This document shows positions 28,430 through 39,473 of a stretch of DNA of 64,000 bases, in pieces (the stretch's first letter is position 1; each line of letters begins with the position of its first letter). Source of the stretch: Verrucomicrobiia bacterium (GTDB lineage Bacteria > Verrucomicrobiota > Verrucomicrobiia > Limisphaerales > UBA1319); NCBI GenBank assembly GCA_963664225.1, contig OY760937.1:1984001-2048000 (forward strand), in the 5' to 3' direction. The notes under the pieces are model-generated. The model ran no database searches. It saw only the letters and a program-made list of their open reading frames with translations, and was not told the DNA's origin. Made by a program: the position numbers and the translations under genes.

Positions 28430-29485
28430 TTATCTGGCAGCCGTTCCCGAGTATTTCTTGAACCGGCTGGAAGGAGTGACCTTGGTTCCGGTTGGGGTGA
28501 TTTCGACGACGAGCGCCGCGGCGCCGGGGTGTTTTTCCACGTAAGCCAGGCCGCGACGGGCGCCATATACGCAGATCGCTTTGGCCAGACCGTCGCTTTC
28601 GGTTCCAGTGCGGGCAATGGTGGTCACGCCGATGCGTTCCGTCAGGCCCAGACCGGTCCTTGGATCGACGATGTGCGAATAACGCTGACCGCCAATCTCC
28701 ACGTATTGCTCGGTGTCGCCGGATGTGGAGATACCCACGTTGGCGAGTACCACTTCCCCGGTAAGGCCTTGCAGCGGATGGTCAATGGAGGCGATGCCAA
28801 TCTCCCAGCCATTTTTGCCCGGAGGCGGATCGCCCAATGAAATGTCCCCGCTGGCGGCGGCCATGGCGCGGGTGATTCCCATGCCGCGCAGGAGCTTCAA
28901 GGCCTCTTCCGCAGCGAATCCTTTGCCAATGCCCCCGAGGTCCAGTTTCATTCCGGGAACGGTCAGGGTGGCGGTATGGTTCTTTTCGTCGATCTTGAGT
29001 TTTTTGTAGCCGACAGCCTGACTGGCCATGCGAACGGCTTCGGGGGTTGGGAGCACATGCGTCCTTCTGGCCTGACGCCACAAGGAAACGAATGGGCCCA
29101 CGGTGATGTCGAACGCTCCATCACTTTCCTTCGAGATCTCGTGGGACTTCTTAAGAACCGCAAACAGATCATCGCTGAGCCTGACTGGAACGCCCACGGG
29201 CTGGCGGCAGAGCTGCATCAGTTCGCTCTTGGGATCGTAATCGGTCATGATGTTTTCCAGCGCGTCGATGCGATGGTAAACGGCCTCTGCGGCGTGATCT
29301 GCGGTTTGCCGGTCAGGCGCATAGAGGACGACCCGGAAGATGCTGGCCATGTGCAGTTCGGCATAGGCGAAGCGCTGGAGAGGCGGCTGCGCTTGAGATT
29401 CCAAGTGGCGGCAGCCAAGGGTTCCAAGCAAAAGCAATGCGGTCAGGACACCGGTCCAGGAAAGCAGGGGAAGGCGCAAATTCAT
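28430..29485 (-). CDS. apbE: FAD:protein FMN transferase (lipoprotein)
   Basis: LGC lipobox; GAFDITVGP, LDLGGIGKGF, STSGD, YSHIVDPRTG. Confidence 0.92.
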   Translation of the reverse strand: MNLRLPLLSWTGVLTALLLLGTLGCRHLESQAQPPLQRFAYAELHMASIFRVVLYAPDRQTADHAAEAVYHRIDALENIMTDYDPKSELMQLCRQPVGVPVRLSDDLFAVLKKSHEISKESDGAFDITVGPFVSLWRQARRTHVLPTPEAVRMASQAVGYKKLKIDEKNHTATLTVPGMKLDLGGIGKGFAAEEALKLLRGMGITRAMAAASGDISLGDPPPGKNGWEIGIASIDHPLQGLTGEVVLANVGISTSGDTEQYVEIGGQRYSHIVDPRTGLGLTERIGVTTIARTGTESDGLAKAICVYGARRGLAYVEKHPGAAALVVEITPTGTKVTPSSRFKKYSGTAAR

Positions 29486-29513
29486 GGCACAAATGAGTTA
29501 AGAGGTAGACAAC

Positions 29514-29993
29514 CTAGCACTTGCAGAAGGTGCGATTGATTCTGGCCATCTCGATGGCCGTCAAGGCGGCCTCTGTGCCGCGATTGTGTTCCCTGCCCAG
29601 ACAACGGGCTTTGGCCTGGGCTTCGTTACCGAGTAGAAGCACGCCGTGAATGATCGGCAGGCGATAATCGATTTGGATGCGCGCCAGGGATTGGCTGACG
29701 GCTTCGCTAATCAGTTGGGCATGAGCGGTTTCACCCTGAATGACCACACCCAGGCAGATGATGACTTCGGGGCGGTTTGTTTCACAATGGGCCAGTTGAG
29801 CGGCGATCACCGGGATTTCAAAGGCACCGGGAACTCGCACAATTTGCACGTCTTTGACTCCGGCGGCTGCGAGGGTGGTTTTCGCGGCGCGCAGCATGGA
29901 ATCGACGTAGCGGGCGTTGTATTTGGAGGCGACGATGGCAACGCGTCCGTTGGTCAACCGCGCGCCGGGATTCTTTTTTACAGGTTTAAGCAT
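29514..29993 (-). CDS. ribH: 6,7-dimethyl-8-ribityllumazine synthase
   Basis: VPGAFEIP, ICLGVVIQGETAH, PIIHGVL. Confidence 0.95.
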   Translation of the reverse strand: MLKPVKKNPGARLTNGRVAIVASKYNARYVDSMLRAAKTTLAAAGVKDVQIVRVPGAFEIPVIAAQLAHCETNRPEVIICLGVVIQGETAHAQLISEAVSQSLARIQIDYRLPIIHGVLLLGNEAQAKARCLGREHNRGTEAALTAIEMARINRTFCKC

Positions 29994-30024
29994 GGTCTGT
30001 TATGAGAGTCAGGTTCCGATCAGC

Positions 30025-31224
30025 CTAAAGCAAGTGGCCGAGTTTCACGCGCTTTGTTTCCAAATACTTCTCGTTGTGTGGATTGGATTTAATGCGAATG
30101 GGGACTTGCTGAACGATTTCCAATCCGTAGCCTTCGAGGCCAACCACTTTCTTGGGATTGTTGGTCAGGAGCCGGATGGTCTTCAGGCCCAGATCGGACA
30201 GGATTTGAGCGCCCAAGCCGTATTCGCGCAAGTCCATGGGGTAACCGAGTTTAAGATTGGCCTCCACAGTGTCATAGCCACGTTCCTGCAACTTGTAGGC
30301 GCGGATTTTCGGACCCAGTCCGATCCCCCTGCCCTCCTGGCGCATATAAACGATGACGCCTTTTCCTTCGGCGGCAATCTGACGCATGGCTTGATGAAGC
30401 TGGTGGCCGCAGTCGCAACGTTGAGAGCCGAAAACATCACCGGTAAGGCATTCGCTATGCACGCGCACGAGAACGTTTTTCGCGCCGGCCACTTTGCCAC
30501 GCACCAGGGCAAGGTGATTCTGGCCGTCGGTTTTCGATTCGTAGAGGTAGAGATCGAAATCGCCGTACTCGGTGGGCATGCGCACCACTTCGACGCGTTC
30601 GACGAGTTTTTCGCGCTGGCGGCGGTATTCGATGAGGGCCTCGATGGAGCAAATCTTAAGTTTGTGGCGTTTGGCGAATTTGATCAATTGCGGCAGACGG
30701 GCCATGGTGCCGTCGTCGTTCATGATCTCGCAAATCACACCGACCGGACGGCATCCGGCCAGAATGGCGAGATCGACGGTGGCTTCCGTGTGGCCTGCGC
30801 GTTGGAGAACGCCTCCGGGCTTCGCGCGCAATGGAAATATGTGGCCCGGCTGCACCAGGTCATTGGGCACGGCCGTGGGATCGGCCATGATTTTAATGGT
30901 GAGCGCGCGGTCTGCGGCGCTGATCCCCGTGGTGATGCCATTGGCGGCATCGACGCTGACCTGAAAATCGGTTTTGAAGGTTTCGCGGTTTTGAACCACC
31001 ATTTGCTCGATGCCCAGTTGCTTGAGGCGGTTCGAGTGTGTGGGCACGCAAATGAGGCCGCGGCCAAAGCGGGCCATGAAATTAATCGCCGCCGGAGTCA
31101 CATGCTCCGCCGCCATCAGCAAATCGCCTTCATTCTCCCGATCGGCGTCATCGACCACAATGACCATCCGGCCGGCGCGAATGTCCGCCACCACATCTTC
31201 AATTTCATCAAACAGTTTCTTCAT
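30025..31224 (-). CDS. ribBA: Bifunctional DHBP synthase / GTP cyclohydrolase II
   Basis: [47 protein letters not shown]. Confidence 0.97.
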   Translation of the reverse strand: MKKLFDEIEDVVADIRAGRMVIVVDDADRENEGDLLMAAEHVTPAAINFMARFGRGLICVPTHSNRLKQLGIEQMVVQNRETFKTDFQVSVDAANGITTGISAADRALTIKIMADPTAVPNDLVQPGHIFPLRAKPGGVLQRAGHTEATVDLAILAGCRPVGVICEIMNDDGTMARLPQLIKFAKRHKLKICSIEALIEYRRQREKLVERVEVVRMPTEYGDFDLYLYESKTDGQNHLALVRGKVAGAKNVLVRVHSECLTGDVFGSQRCDCGHQLHQAMRQIAAEGKGVIVYMRQEGRGIGLGPKIRAYKLQERGYDTVEANLKLGYPMDLREYGLGAQILSDLGLKTIRLLTNNPKKVVGLEGYGLEIVQQVPIRIKSNPHNEKYLETKRVKLGHLL

Positions 31225-31430
31225 ACTTCACCGAACAAAGTCCGCTTATTCTATGCCGGATTGGCCCAATGTCACCCCTAATGATGGAGGGGGACTGCGG
31301 GTGCAGGACAAAACTCCCGGCAAGCAAGAAAGATCGGGGAACCCGATGAACCCGCAGACGAGGAAGTCCGCACTAAAGGGAAAGGTCCTGCGATCCCTGC
31401 TTTGTTCGCGCATTGCGACGATTGAGCCCG

Positions 31431-33698
31431 TCAGAGGCGGGGCTTTCCCTGTGGATTGCTCACCAAACGCCAGAGGGTCCTGATGATGAAAAAGTCCAGG
31501 ACGACGATGATGATGCCCGTCGCAACCGCGAGGAGGGTTGAACTGGCACCATGATGAGCCAGGTCATTTGCCAGCCGTGTGATGAAATCCAGATGAACAT
31601 GCTCCGGGTCGTTCAGCGCCTGTAGGTACATCGCTTCGTTCGCATGGAGATCCACCAGCAGGCGCTTGGGCAGGACAAATAAAAAGACGATCGATCCATC
31701 GAACGCCAGCAGCGGGAAGAGCACGCCATCGAAAACCGCCAGTCCCAAGCCGCGGAGCTTTCCGCCCGATCGCCGGATTTGGGAGACGGCAATCCACCCG
31801 AGGATCGTCGTGCCGAATGGGGCGCTGCAACCCAGAGGCAGCAACACCAGAATCTCCGCCGTCTGCCACAAGCCGTAGCCGAAGCTGGACTGTTGAATGA
31901 CCCCAGTGAACCGAACCACCAGTATTCCGATAAAAATCAGGAAAGAGAACGGCACCCAGCACGCGCCCGCGATGGCGTTGCGCGAGAGGCGCGACGGTGC
32001 GGGTTTTGTTAATAATTGGAATTTATCCGTACCACTTTTTCCAGTGTCTGAAGCGTTTGAAGCCGAGCCGGGACTATCCGCCGAATCAGCGGAGGATACT
32101 CTGGGTCGGAACAGTCCCATCGCCTTGCGCGCGAGGCTGAATACAACCCCGATGAAAAGAATCGCGATAAGAACATGCAGTATCTCATCCAGATTGGCCA
32201 TAATGGCTGGCCATGGCGCCAAAACAAAGCCCGACGGGAGGATTACCACCAAAAACGCTCCCGCCAGCATCAGTGCCGAAGCGAGCAGCGATTTCGTTTT
32301 CAGACCCAGTCGGTCCACAGGCGTTGAGTCCAGCGCGCGCCCCGTGGAACGGGTGACCGTGTCGCGGATCGCGTCGAACCACTCAGCGACAATGGAGTTC
32401 GTGTCCCAGGTTGGTTTGAACATGCTTTCATTGGGAGTGAAACAAAGACATCGCACCTCTCCGCCCTGATCGAAAGTCACGCGAATGAAATCCAGTCCCG
32501 TTGGCTTGGCAAGTAGCGAGTAACGTCCGATGCTGAGATCGCGGATGGCGGCCAGCGGGATCACCGTTTTTTGGCCGTCCCCGATAAAAGTGAGTTGCTG
32601 CGCGTCGAGCACCAGCCGCCCTTTGCCTGTATAGATGTAGATGACCCTGCCCCAGAAGGTGGCCAGATGCTCCGGCGTGGAAATGTAGCTGCTGGCGGAC
32701 TTGATCGTGGCCGGGTACGCAAGGCCCGGTTGAGCGGACGCTGGTTGTCCAACACCGGGAGTTGCAACCACCGTCTCCACCTGTGTGCGCAAATCGGCGG
32801 CTGTCTGGTAGCGCAATTCGGGCTTCGACTCCAGCGCGCGCAGAACGATTTCATCGAGGCGCACGTCGATCTGCACCTTGCGCGAGGGGGGCTGGATTCT
32901 GTCGGCGGGAAGCTCTCCGGTGAGCAGTTCATAGAGCACCACCCCGAGCGAATAGATGTCCGCGCGATGGTCGGCGCCGCCGTGCGCCTTCTGCTCCGGG
33001 GCCATGTATTGCGGCGTGCCGGCGGGCTGACTTTCCGCAAGGCCGACATCCGATCCTTCCGCATGGAGCATCCCGGCAATGCCAAAGTCAGCGATCTTCA
33101 CCCGTCCATCCTTGTCGAGGAGCAGGTTCTCGGGCTTGATGTCGCGATGCACAATGCCGTGCTCGTGGGCGTATTGCAGGGCCTCGCAGACGGGTGGCAC
33201 GACAGCCAGCGCCTGTTCGGGTGTGAAACGGCCCGCCTTCATCGCCTGGCGCAGATTCACGCCATCCACGAACTCCATGAGCAGAAAGTAAAAACCGCCA
33301 GCCTGGCCGAAATCGTAAATGGTCACGATGTTCGGATGGTTGAGGGCCGCCAGCGCCTGTGCCTCATGCGCGAAGCGTTTTGCAAACTTCGCGTCCGCCA
33401 CCCGCTCCGGGGCGAGCAACTTGATCGCAACCACGCGGTTGAGGGATTTTTGCAGTGCCTTGTAAACCACGCCCATGCCGCCGCGCCCGAGACATTCGAG
33501 GATTTCCAGTTGTGGAAAATGAGGCGCCAGTTCAGCGGGCGTCAGCGTTTTGTGCTGCGGGAAGGATTCCGACTCCGTCTGCGTCGGTTCCATCGCCCCG
33601 GCCATGAGACAGCGCGGGCAAAGTCCGGATGTGGCTGCGTTCGGCAGGCTCGCCCCGCATTTGGGGCAGGTGATCGATGATTGAGATGATTCACTCAT
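31431..33698 (-). CDS. Membrane Ser/Thr protein kinase (Hanks type) with N-terminal zinc ribbon
   Basis: CPKC...[35 protein letters not shown]-terminal TM helices. Confidence 0.95.
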   Translation of the reverse strand: MSESSQSSITCPKCGASLPNAATSGLCPRCLMAGAMEPTQTESESFPQHKTLTPAELAPHFPQLEILECLGRGGMGVVYKALQKSLNRVVAIKLLAPERVADAKFAKRFAHEAQALAALNHPNIVTIYDFGQAGGFYFLLMEFVDGVNLRQAMKAGRFTPEQALAVVPPVCEALQYAHEHGIVHRDIKPENLLLDKDGRVKIADFGIAGMLHAEGSDVGLAESQPAGTPQYMAPEQKAHGGADHRADIYSLGVVLYELLTGELPADRIQPPSRKVQIDVRLDEIVLRALESKPELRYQTAADLRTQVETVVATPGVGQPASAQPGLAYPATIKSASSYISTPEHLATFWGRVIYIYTGKGRLVLDAQQLTFIGDGQKTVIPLAAIRDLSIGRYSLLAKPTGLDFIRVTFDQGGEVRCLCFTPNESMFKPTWDTNSIVAEWFDAIRDTVTRSTGRALDSTPVDRLGLKTKSLLASALMLAGAFLVVILPSGFVLAPWPAIMANLDEILHVLIAILFIGVVFSLARKAMGLFRPRVSSADSADSPGSASNASDTGKSGTDKFQLLTKPAPSRLSRNAIAGACWVPFSFLIFIGILVVRFTGVIQQSSFGYGLWQTAEILVLLPLGCSAPFGTTILGWIAVSQIRRSGGKLRGLGLAVFDGVLFPLLAFDGSIVFLFVLPKRLLVDLHANEAMYLQALNDPEHVHLDFITRLANDLAHHGASSTLLAVATGIIIVVLDFFIIRTLWRLVSNPQGKPRL

Positions 33699-33705
33699 GC
33701 CACTG

Positions 33706-33734
33706 TCCTGACGCCCTGTTGTGGTTTGGTTACC
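33706..33734 (-). promoter_or_regulatory. Putative ECF-sigma promoter of the kinase gene
   Basis: GGTAACC-N15-GTCAGGA, 7 nt before the kinase ATG; same motif at 34537-34565. Confidence 0.65.
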
Positions 33735-33746
33735 AAAATATTTTTA

Positions 33747-34508
33747 CTAATTTCCCAGGGCGGCAAATAACGCCCGCATCTCGGCCTCGACTGATCGGGG
33801 ATCATCGAGCGTGCCGGCCACCTCGGCCTTGAGCAAATCGCGGAAACGCCGTTTCAATCGATGCACGGCCACCTTGAGCGCGTTCGCGTTCATGCCGCAA
33901 TCCCTGGCCAGGACCGTCTGGTCCCCATGCGCAGCCTCGCCGGTGAGCCACGGATTGACCTGTTTGAAAAATTCCGCCCGCCCATCGGCCTCGCATTCCC
34001 GACGCAGCGTATCGAGTGACCGCGCCAGAACGATGATCGCCCATTGCCGGTCGAAGGCCGCGTCGGGCGACAACACGCTCGAGTCCGCCACGGATCGCGC
34101 CTCGCCCGCATCGGTGTCCTGAAGCGAAATGTTTTCCACACCGCCGCCGCGCTTGAGACGCCGCGTCGCTTCACGGTGATGCGAGAGAAAGTGCTTCACA
34201 GCGCCGAGCAGATAGGAACGGAACCGACCATGCTCCGCTTCGGCGCGGGCGATGGCTCCACCGGCCAGCATGGATGCGAAGAAGTCGTGCGTCAGGTCGC
34301 GCGCGGCATCCGCATCGCGCAGTTCGCATCGCAAAAAGGCGGCCACCGGTTCATAATAGGCCTCACAAAGCTCAGTCAGGGCCCGCCGCCCCTCTGGCGA
34401 TTCCGCCTTCGCCTGTCTGACTTGCGTCCATCGCGTTGTCCGAAAATCTTCGCCGCGCGCTTCCCGCAGAGGCGGGTCTGGTATTGGTTGAGTCGGTTCA
34501 GTCGTCAT
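33747..34508 (-). CDS. ECF sigma factor (kinase-associated type)
   Basis: FRTTRWTQV, AL-ELCEAYY-P, GRFRSYLLGAVKHFL, FDRQWA, KVAVHRLKRRFRDLL. Confidence 0.9.
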   Translation of the reverse strand: MTTEPTQPIPDPPLREARGEDFRTTRWTQVRQAKAESPEGRRALTELCEAYYEPVAAFLRCELRDADAARDLTHDFFASMLAGGAIARAEAEHGRFRSYLLGAVKHFLSHHREATRRLKRGGGVENISLQDTDAGEARSVADSSVLSPDAAFDRQWAIIVLARSLDTLRRECEADGRAEFFKQVNPWLTGEAAHGDQTVLARDCGMNANALKVAVHRLKRRFRDLLKAEVAGTLDDPRSVEAEMRALFAALGN

Positions 34509-34536
34509 TGGCAGCCAGGCAAATCCTATCACACAT

Positions 34537-34565
34537 TCCTGACCTGCCGGAAGGGAAAGGTTACC
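34537..34565 (-). promoter_or_regulatory. Putative autoregulatory ECF promoter
   Basis: GGTAACC-N15-GTCAGGA upstream of the sigma gene. Confidence 0.65.
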
Positions 34566-34756
34566 GACTTTTTAAACAAGGCTACAGGCCCGGGAAATCC
34601 CGTGTGGACAATTTGGATGGCGGGGATCAAAATCAAATCATCGGGAACGTGGTCCGTGAAATGACAGCGTCCATGCGAGTGCCGGGGTGGATGGCGGGGT
34701 GCCAACAGAAGTTTGCAATGAGAATCAAATCAAAACGCGGGAGTTTGCTTTACGTT

Positions 34757-35587
34757 ATGAAGACATCAACGACCTTTGCATGGTCATGGCTGGTTCTGCT
34801 GATGTGTGGTTTTGCACAAGTGGCGTCCGCCCAGCAGACACCGGCGCAGGCATATAAAACAGACACGAACATCCTCTACCGGACGGACGGCACGCCGACG
34901 GATTACATGCAGCAACGCTGCCGACTGGATGTCTATTACCCGGCGGATAAAAAAGCGTTCACCACCGTGGTCTGGTTCCATGGCGGAGGCCTGACGGGGG
35001 GCGAGAAGTTCATTCCGGCGGAGCTGAAAGAGAAGGGGATCGCGGTCGTTGCCGCCGGATACCGCCTGAGTCCGCAGGCCAAATGCCCTGCGTATATCGA
35101 GGACGCCGCGGCTGCGGTTGCGTGGACCTTTCAAAACATTGAAAAATATGGCGGATCGACCAACCGCATATTCGTAAGCGGGCATTCGGCGGGAGGCTAT
35201 CTCACGTGCATGATCGGGTTGGACAAACACTGGCTGGCCCCATACGGAGTGGATGCGAACCGGATCGCGGGGCTGATTCCCTTCAGCGGTCAGGCCATCA
35301 CGCACTTCACGATCCGAAACGAGCGGGGCATTGATTCGAAACAGCCGGTCATTGATGAAATGGCCCCCTTGTTTCATGTCCGCAAGGACGCGCCCCCACT
35401 CCTGCTCATCACCGGGGATCGTGAGCGGGAACTCTACGGACGCTACGAGGAAAACGCGTATCTGTGGCGCATGATGAAGGAAGTGGGAAACACCAACACC
35501 GTGCTCCACGAACTGGAAGGTTTCGACCACGGCCAAATGGCGGAGCCCGCGCTTTACCTGCTGTTGCGGTTCGTCAAAAAAACATAA
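34757..35587 (+). CDS. Secreted alpha/beta hydrolase (esterase/lipase)
   Basis: LDVYYP, HGGG, GHSAGG nucleophile motif, C-terminal DH. Confidence 0.9.
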   Translation: MKTSTTFAWSWLVLLMCGFAQVASAQQTPAQAYKTDTNILYRTDGTPTDYMQQRCRLDVYYPADKKAFTTVVWFHGGGLTGGEKFIPAELKEKGIAVVAAGYRLSPQAKCPAYIEDAAAAVAWTFQNIEKYGGSTNRIFVSGHSAGGYLTCMIGLDKHWLAPYGVDANRIAGLIPFSGQAITHFTIRNERGIDSKQPVIDEMAPLFHVRKDAPPLLLITGDRERELYGRYEENAYLWRMMKEVGNTNTVLHELEGFDHGQMAEPALYLLLRFVKKT

Positions 35588-35695
35588 ATATCCAATCAGA
35601 CGCAGCGGGAAAGCAATATGAACGGCGGCACTCGAAAACCGTATAAGCTTGCTCCGCATTGACGAAAACAACGCCGGTCGTAGCTTATTTTGCAG

Positions 35696-35902
35696 ATGAA
35701 TAGCAAATATCATGTCACGCTGCTCAAACATTCGGGGGGCGTGTCTGTCAGTTGCCCCGAATTGCCGGGCTGCCATTCCCAGGGCGCAACTGTTGCCGAA
35801 ACCATGGACAACATCTGCGATGCCATTCAAGGCTACCTCGAACTTTACGGCGTGGCGGAGCTGCATTGTGAAATACGCGAGATGGAAGTGACCACCGCGT
35901 GA
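35696..35902 (+). CDS. HicB-like antitoxin (short form)
   Basis: VSCPELPGCHSQGATVAE-MDNI-DAI motif. Confidence 0.85.
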   Translation: MNSKYHVTLLKHSGGVSVSCPELPGCHSQGATVAETMDNICDAIQGYLELYGVAELHCEIREMEVTTA

Positions 35903-35903
35903 T

Positions 35904-36077
35904 ATGCCAAAGCTGCCGGGCGTCAATCATCTTCAGGCCGTAAAGGCGCTGGAAAAAGCGGGCTTCCGGGTTGATCCTCAGAGCAGGCACGTCTTCTTGT
36001 CCAAGGGGATGGATCATGTGGTTGTGCCTCGCAACAATCCGGTGGATGCCTATACCCTGCCCGCTCGTGACTCGTGA
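35904..36077 (+). pseudogene. HicA-like toxin, apparently C-terminally truncated (57 aa)
   Basis: MPKLPGVNHLQAVKALEKAGF...RHVFLSKG...VPRNNPVDAYTL then early stop; 1 nt after the hicB stop. Confidence 0.65.
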
Positions 36078-36253
36078 GGTGAGGAAGAAGACTAGCCAGG
36101 ATCTTTGGCAGGGTCGTAAAGTCTGATAATCTGATTACATGAAAAAGCGGTCCATCCGCTTTCCCAGTTTTGATATCGAACGACCAATGTTGCAATGCAG
36201 CCCTCCCATTTTTTTGTGATTCCCTTATCCGATGAATCGGCTACATCTTGTGC

Positions 36254-37636
36254 ATGCCACACTCTCAAAAACGCCTCCACCAGGGGACTCAGGTCCCGCT
36301 CTTTAACATTTCACGCCGTTCCTTTCTCAGCAAACTGGCCGTAACCGCTGCCGCCACTGGTTTGCCGCTATGGTATCTGGAACAGGAAGTCGCGCTTGCG
36401 GCCCCCGCGCCCAAGGCTCTTGGGCCGAATGATCGCCCCGGCATCGCGCTGATCGGTTGCGGTGGAATGGGGCGCGGAGACGGTGCCAACTCCATGCGTT
36501 TCGGCGATATGATCGCGGTGTGCGATGTGGATTCCACACACGCCGACCAGGCCGCCCAGCAATACACCAAAAACGGAAAGACACCCGAGAAATATTCGGA
36601 TTTCCGCAAATTGCTGGAGCGCGACGACATTCATGTAGTGATCGCCGCCACGCCGGACCACTGGCACACGCTGGTCAGCACGGCGGCCGTCATTGCGCAC
36701 AAGGATGTGTATTGCGAGAAGCCACTGACCCTCACCATTGACGAAGGCAAGCAACTGGTCAAAGCCGTTCGCAAGAACAAGGCCATCCTGCAAACCGGGA
36801 CCCAGCAACGCAGCGACCGGCGCTTTCGACTGGCCTGCGAACTGGTGCGCAATGGCCGTCTGGGCAAACTCAAGAAAGTGACGGTTTATCTGCCTGCGGG
36901 ATTGCGCGAAGGGCCTTTTAAATCCGGTCCCATACCCAGCGGATTGAACTGGGATTTTTGGCAGGGCCAGGCCCCGGCAGTCGATTACGTGGCGCAGCGC
37001 TGCCATACCTACTTCCGCTACTGGTATGAATACTCCGGCGGCACCATGACCGATTGGGGCGCGCACCATAACGATATCGCTCTGTGGGCCATTGGCCTGC
37101 CGGGACCCATCAGCGTCGAAGGCAAACACCTGACGGAGCCAATCCCCGGTGGCTACACCGCCTACAGCGAATATGATGTGACCTACCTGTATTCCAATGG
37201 GGTGGAGGAAAACATCAAGACCACCAAGGATGACAATATCTATGGGGGTTCCGTGAACGACAAAGGCCAGCACAACGGCATTCGATTCGAGGGGACCGAT
37301 GGCTGGCTCTGGGTCAACCGCGCGGAGATCGATGCCAGTGACGAGGCCCTCTTCAAGACACCGCTGCCGGAAAATGCGGAGCATCTCTACGCCAGTTCCG
37401 ATCACATGGGCAACCTGTTCAATTGCGTGCGTTCGCGCAAAGATCCGATCTGCGAAGTGCAGACGGGGCACCGCTCCGCCGCGATCTCGCACCTGGGCGC
37501 CATTGCGCTAAGACTCGGCAAGAAGCTCCAATGGGATCCTGAAAAAGAGGTGTTCGTGGGTGAAAACGCCGGGGAAGGCAACGCCATGGCGGTCCGCGAA
37601 ATGCGCAAGCCTTACGATTACAGCTTCATTAGTTGA
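36254..37636 (+). CDS. Tat-exported Gfo/Idh/MocA family oxidoreductase
   Basis: SRRSFL; IGCGGMG, ATPDHWH, YCEKPL, QTGTQQRS, DWGAHHND. Confidence 0.93.
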   Translation: MPHSQKRLHQGTQVPLFNISRRSFLSKLAVTAAATGLPLWYLEQEVALAAPAPKALGPNDRPGIALIGCGGMGRGDGANSMRFGDMIAVCDVDSTHADQAAQQYTKNGKTPEKYSDFRKLLERDDIHVVIAATPDHWHTLVSTAAVIAHKDVYCEKPLTLTIDEGKQLVKAVRKNKAILQTGTQQRSDRRFRLACELVRNGRLGKLKKVTVYLPAGLREGPFKSGPIPSGLNWDFWQGQAPAVDYVAQRCHTYFRYWYEYSGGTMTDWGAHHNDIALWAIGLPGPISVEGKHLTEPIPGGYTAYSEYDVTYLYSNGVEENIKTTKDDNIYGGSVNDKGQHNGIRFEGTDGWLWVNRAEIDASDEALFKTPLPENAEHLYASSDHMGNLFNCVRSRKDPICEVQTGHRSAAISHLGAIALRLGKKLQWDPEKEVFVGENAGEGNAMAVREMRKPYDYSFIS

Positions 37637-37764
37637 GCCAACTGAGTCGGATCATCAATCCCCCACCCTTCGCGCGAGGAAGTGTGGGGGCTTTGATATT
37701 TGCGAATGGGATTGAAATAGGAGAGAGCCTAAAAGTCCGACACTGCGGATCTGTGGTGGCACCT

Positions 37765-38208
37765 CTATTGATTACCGGTGATATCGGAATTGGATTGGCC
37801 GGCCATAGCTCGTTTATTTGAAAACTGTTGGACGCTGCCATCTCCCATCAAGACGACCTGGCTGCCGTCCTTCAATCGAGCTTGCATCAAAACATCGCCG
37901 GGACGCGTTTCGTCGGCGATGAGAGAAATCGAGACCTCCATGCCATCAAAACCTTTGACGTCCTCGCGGCTTAACAAGTCTTTGGCGACCAGTTCCTTAA
38001 GATCCACAGAAGCTGGAATCGGCAAACCTTTTTTCGCAAGGTCGTGAGCGTAGGTCTGTGCGGCGGCAACAATTTTCTCTGCGGCCACAGAATGAATCCT
38101 GCCGGTGGCTCCCCGGAGTGAATCCGAATGAAAGAGAGCGAAGCAAACGAGGCATGCCACAACCAGCACGCCAGCGACAACCAATATGATTGCGTGTGTG
38201 CGTTTCAT
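37765..38208 (-). CDS. Hypothetical membrane-anchored protein with C-terminal DGSV motif
   Basis: N-terminal TM segment; VLMGDGSVQQ resembles the C-termini of PVC prepilin-like proteins. Confidence 0.65.
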   Translation of the reverse strand: MKRTHAIILVVAGVLVVACLVCFALFHSDSLRGATGRIHSVAAEKIVAAAQTYAHDLAKKGLPIPASVDLKELVAKDLLSREDVKGFDGMEVSISLIADETRPGDVLMQARLKDGSQVVLMGDGSVQQFSNKRAMAGQSNSDITGNQ

Positions 38209-38269
38209 AAGTACAAATTGTATTGGCCACTCTCAAATGTCAAGTAATACGCAATATTTTATACAGCTC

Positions 38270-39355
38270 ATGATCATGCGCTTGCGAATGTTCGCAGCGA
38301 CGCTATTGGCCCTCGCGGCGGTGACGCTGACCGGCCGTGCTGAATTCATCAAGGGCGGAGACCTCTCGCTGCTCCAGTTTATTCAGGATCACGGTGTCGA
38401 ATACAAGGAAACCAACCAGGTCAAAGATCCGCTCCTGATCTTCAAGGACCATGGCTGCAACACGGTTCGCCTGCGCCTGTTCGTGGCGCCCAATGGCAAG
38501 GCCGGCCAGGTCAATTCGCTTTCCTACACGCTGCGGCTGGCAAAGCGGGTCAAAGACGCCGGGCTCAAACTGATGCTGGATTTCCATTACTCGGATGGCT
38601 GGGCGGACCCGGGGCATCAGATCATCCCGGCCGAGTGGAAGGAACTTTCGCACGCGCAATTGGTGGATCGGGTTTACAACTACACCCGTGAGACGATGGC
38701 GGCATTCGCCCGCGAGGGTTGCATGCCGGACATGGTGGCGGTGGGCAACGAGATCAGCAATGGCATCATGTGGCCCGATGGCGGCCCGCTCTCGGACGCC
38801 GCCAAGTGGGACAACCTAACGGATTTGCTCAAGGCGGGCGTCCGGGGCGTGCGCGAGAGCGATCCCAATAGGTTTGCGCGGGTGATGATCCATATCGACA
38901 AGGGCGGAGATACGAAGGCTTCCCGTTGGTTTTATGACAACCTCCAGAGCCGGGATGTTTCGTTCGACGTGATCGGCCTCTCCTATTATCCCTTCTGGCA
39001 TGGCACGCTGGCCAATCTCAAGGAAAACCTGGCGTCGCTCTCCGAAACCTATAAAAAGGATATCATGGTGGTCGAAACCGGTTACGACAGCTGGGGCGGT
39101 CCGCAGGAAAAGCTGCCTTTCGCGATAACGCCCGAGGGACAGAAAGCGTTTCTCGAGGAACTCATCCGCTTGGTTGCAGCAACGCCGGATGGCCATGGAC
39201 AGGGCGTAGTCTATTGGGCTCCGGAATGGATCCTGGGAGAGAAATGGAACGCCTCCGGCTCTGGGGCGTGGGAAAGTCGCGCTTTATTCGATAATTCGGG
39301 AAACATGCGGCCCGCGATGAACGGCTTCCATTCCCCTGAGCCGGACAGGCGCTGA
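38270..39355 (+). CDS. Arabinogalactan endo-beta-1,4-galactanase (GH53)
   Basis: GGDLS, N-VRLRLFV-P, LDFHYSDGWADPG-Q, VGNEI, GLSYYPFWHG, VETGY. Confidence 0.93.
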   Translation: MIMRLRMFAATLLALAAVTLTGRAEFIKGGDLSLLQFIQDHGVEYKETNQVKDPLLIFKDHGCNTVRLRLFVAPNGKAGQVNSLSYTLRLAKRVKDAGLKLMLDFHYSDGWADPGHQIIPAEWKELSHAQLVDRVYNYTRETMAAFAREGCMPDMVAVGNEISNGIMWPDGGPLSDAAKWDNLTDLLKAGVRGVRESDPNRFARVMIHIDKGGDTKASRWFYDNLQSRDVSFDVIGLSYYPFWHGTLANLKENLASLSETYKKDIMVVETGYDSWGGPQEKLPFAITPEGQKAFLEELIRLVAATPDGHGQGVVYWAPEWILGEKWNASGSGAWESRALFDNSGNMRPAMNGFHSPEPDRR

Positions 39356-39473
39356 AAACGACATTAAAAGCCCCAATCCGGCACCCAGCCATCCCAGAGC
39401 AGTAACTATTTGGACGTATTTTGCGTTTTTCGGCGTCAACTCCTGCCTTGTCAAGGCGGGGGCCGGGGGTATC

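Noticed and set aside
31225..31430. FMN riboswitch upstream of ribBA
   Set aside because: The conserved RFN sequence blocks are not recognisable on the minus strand.
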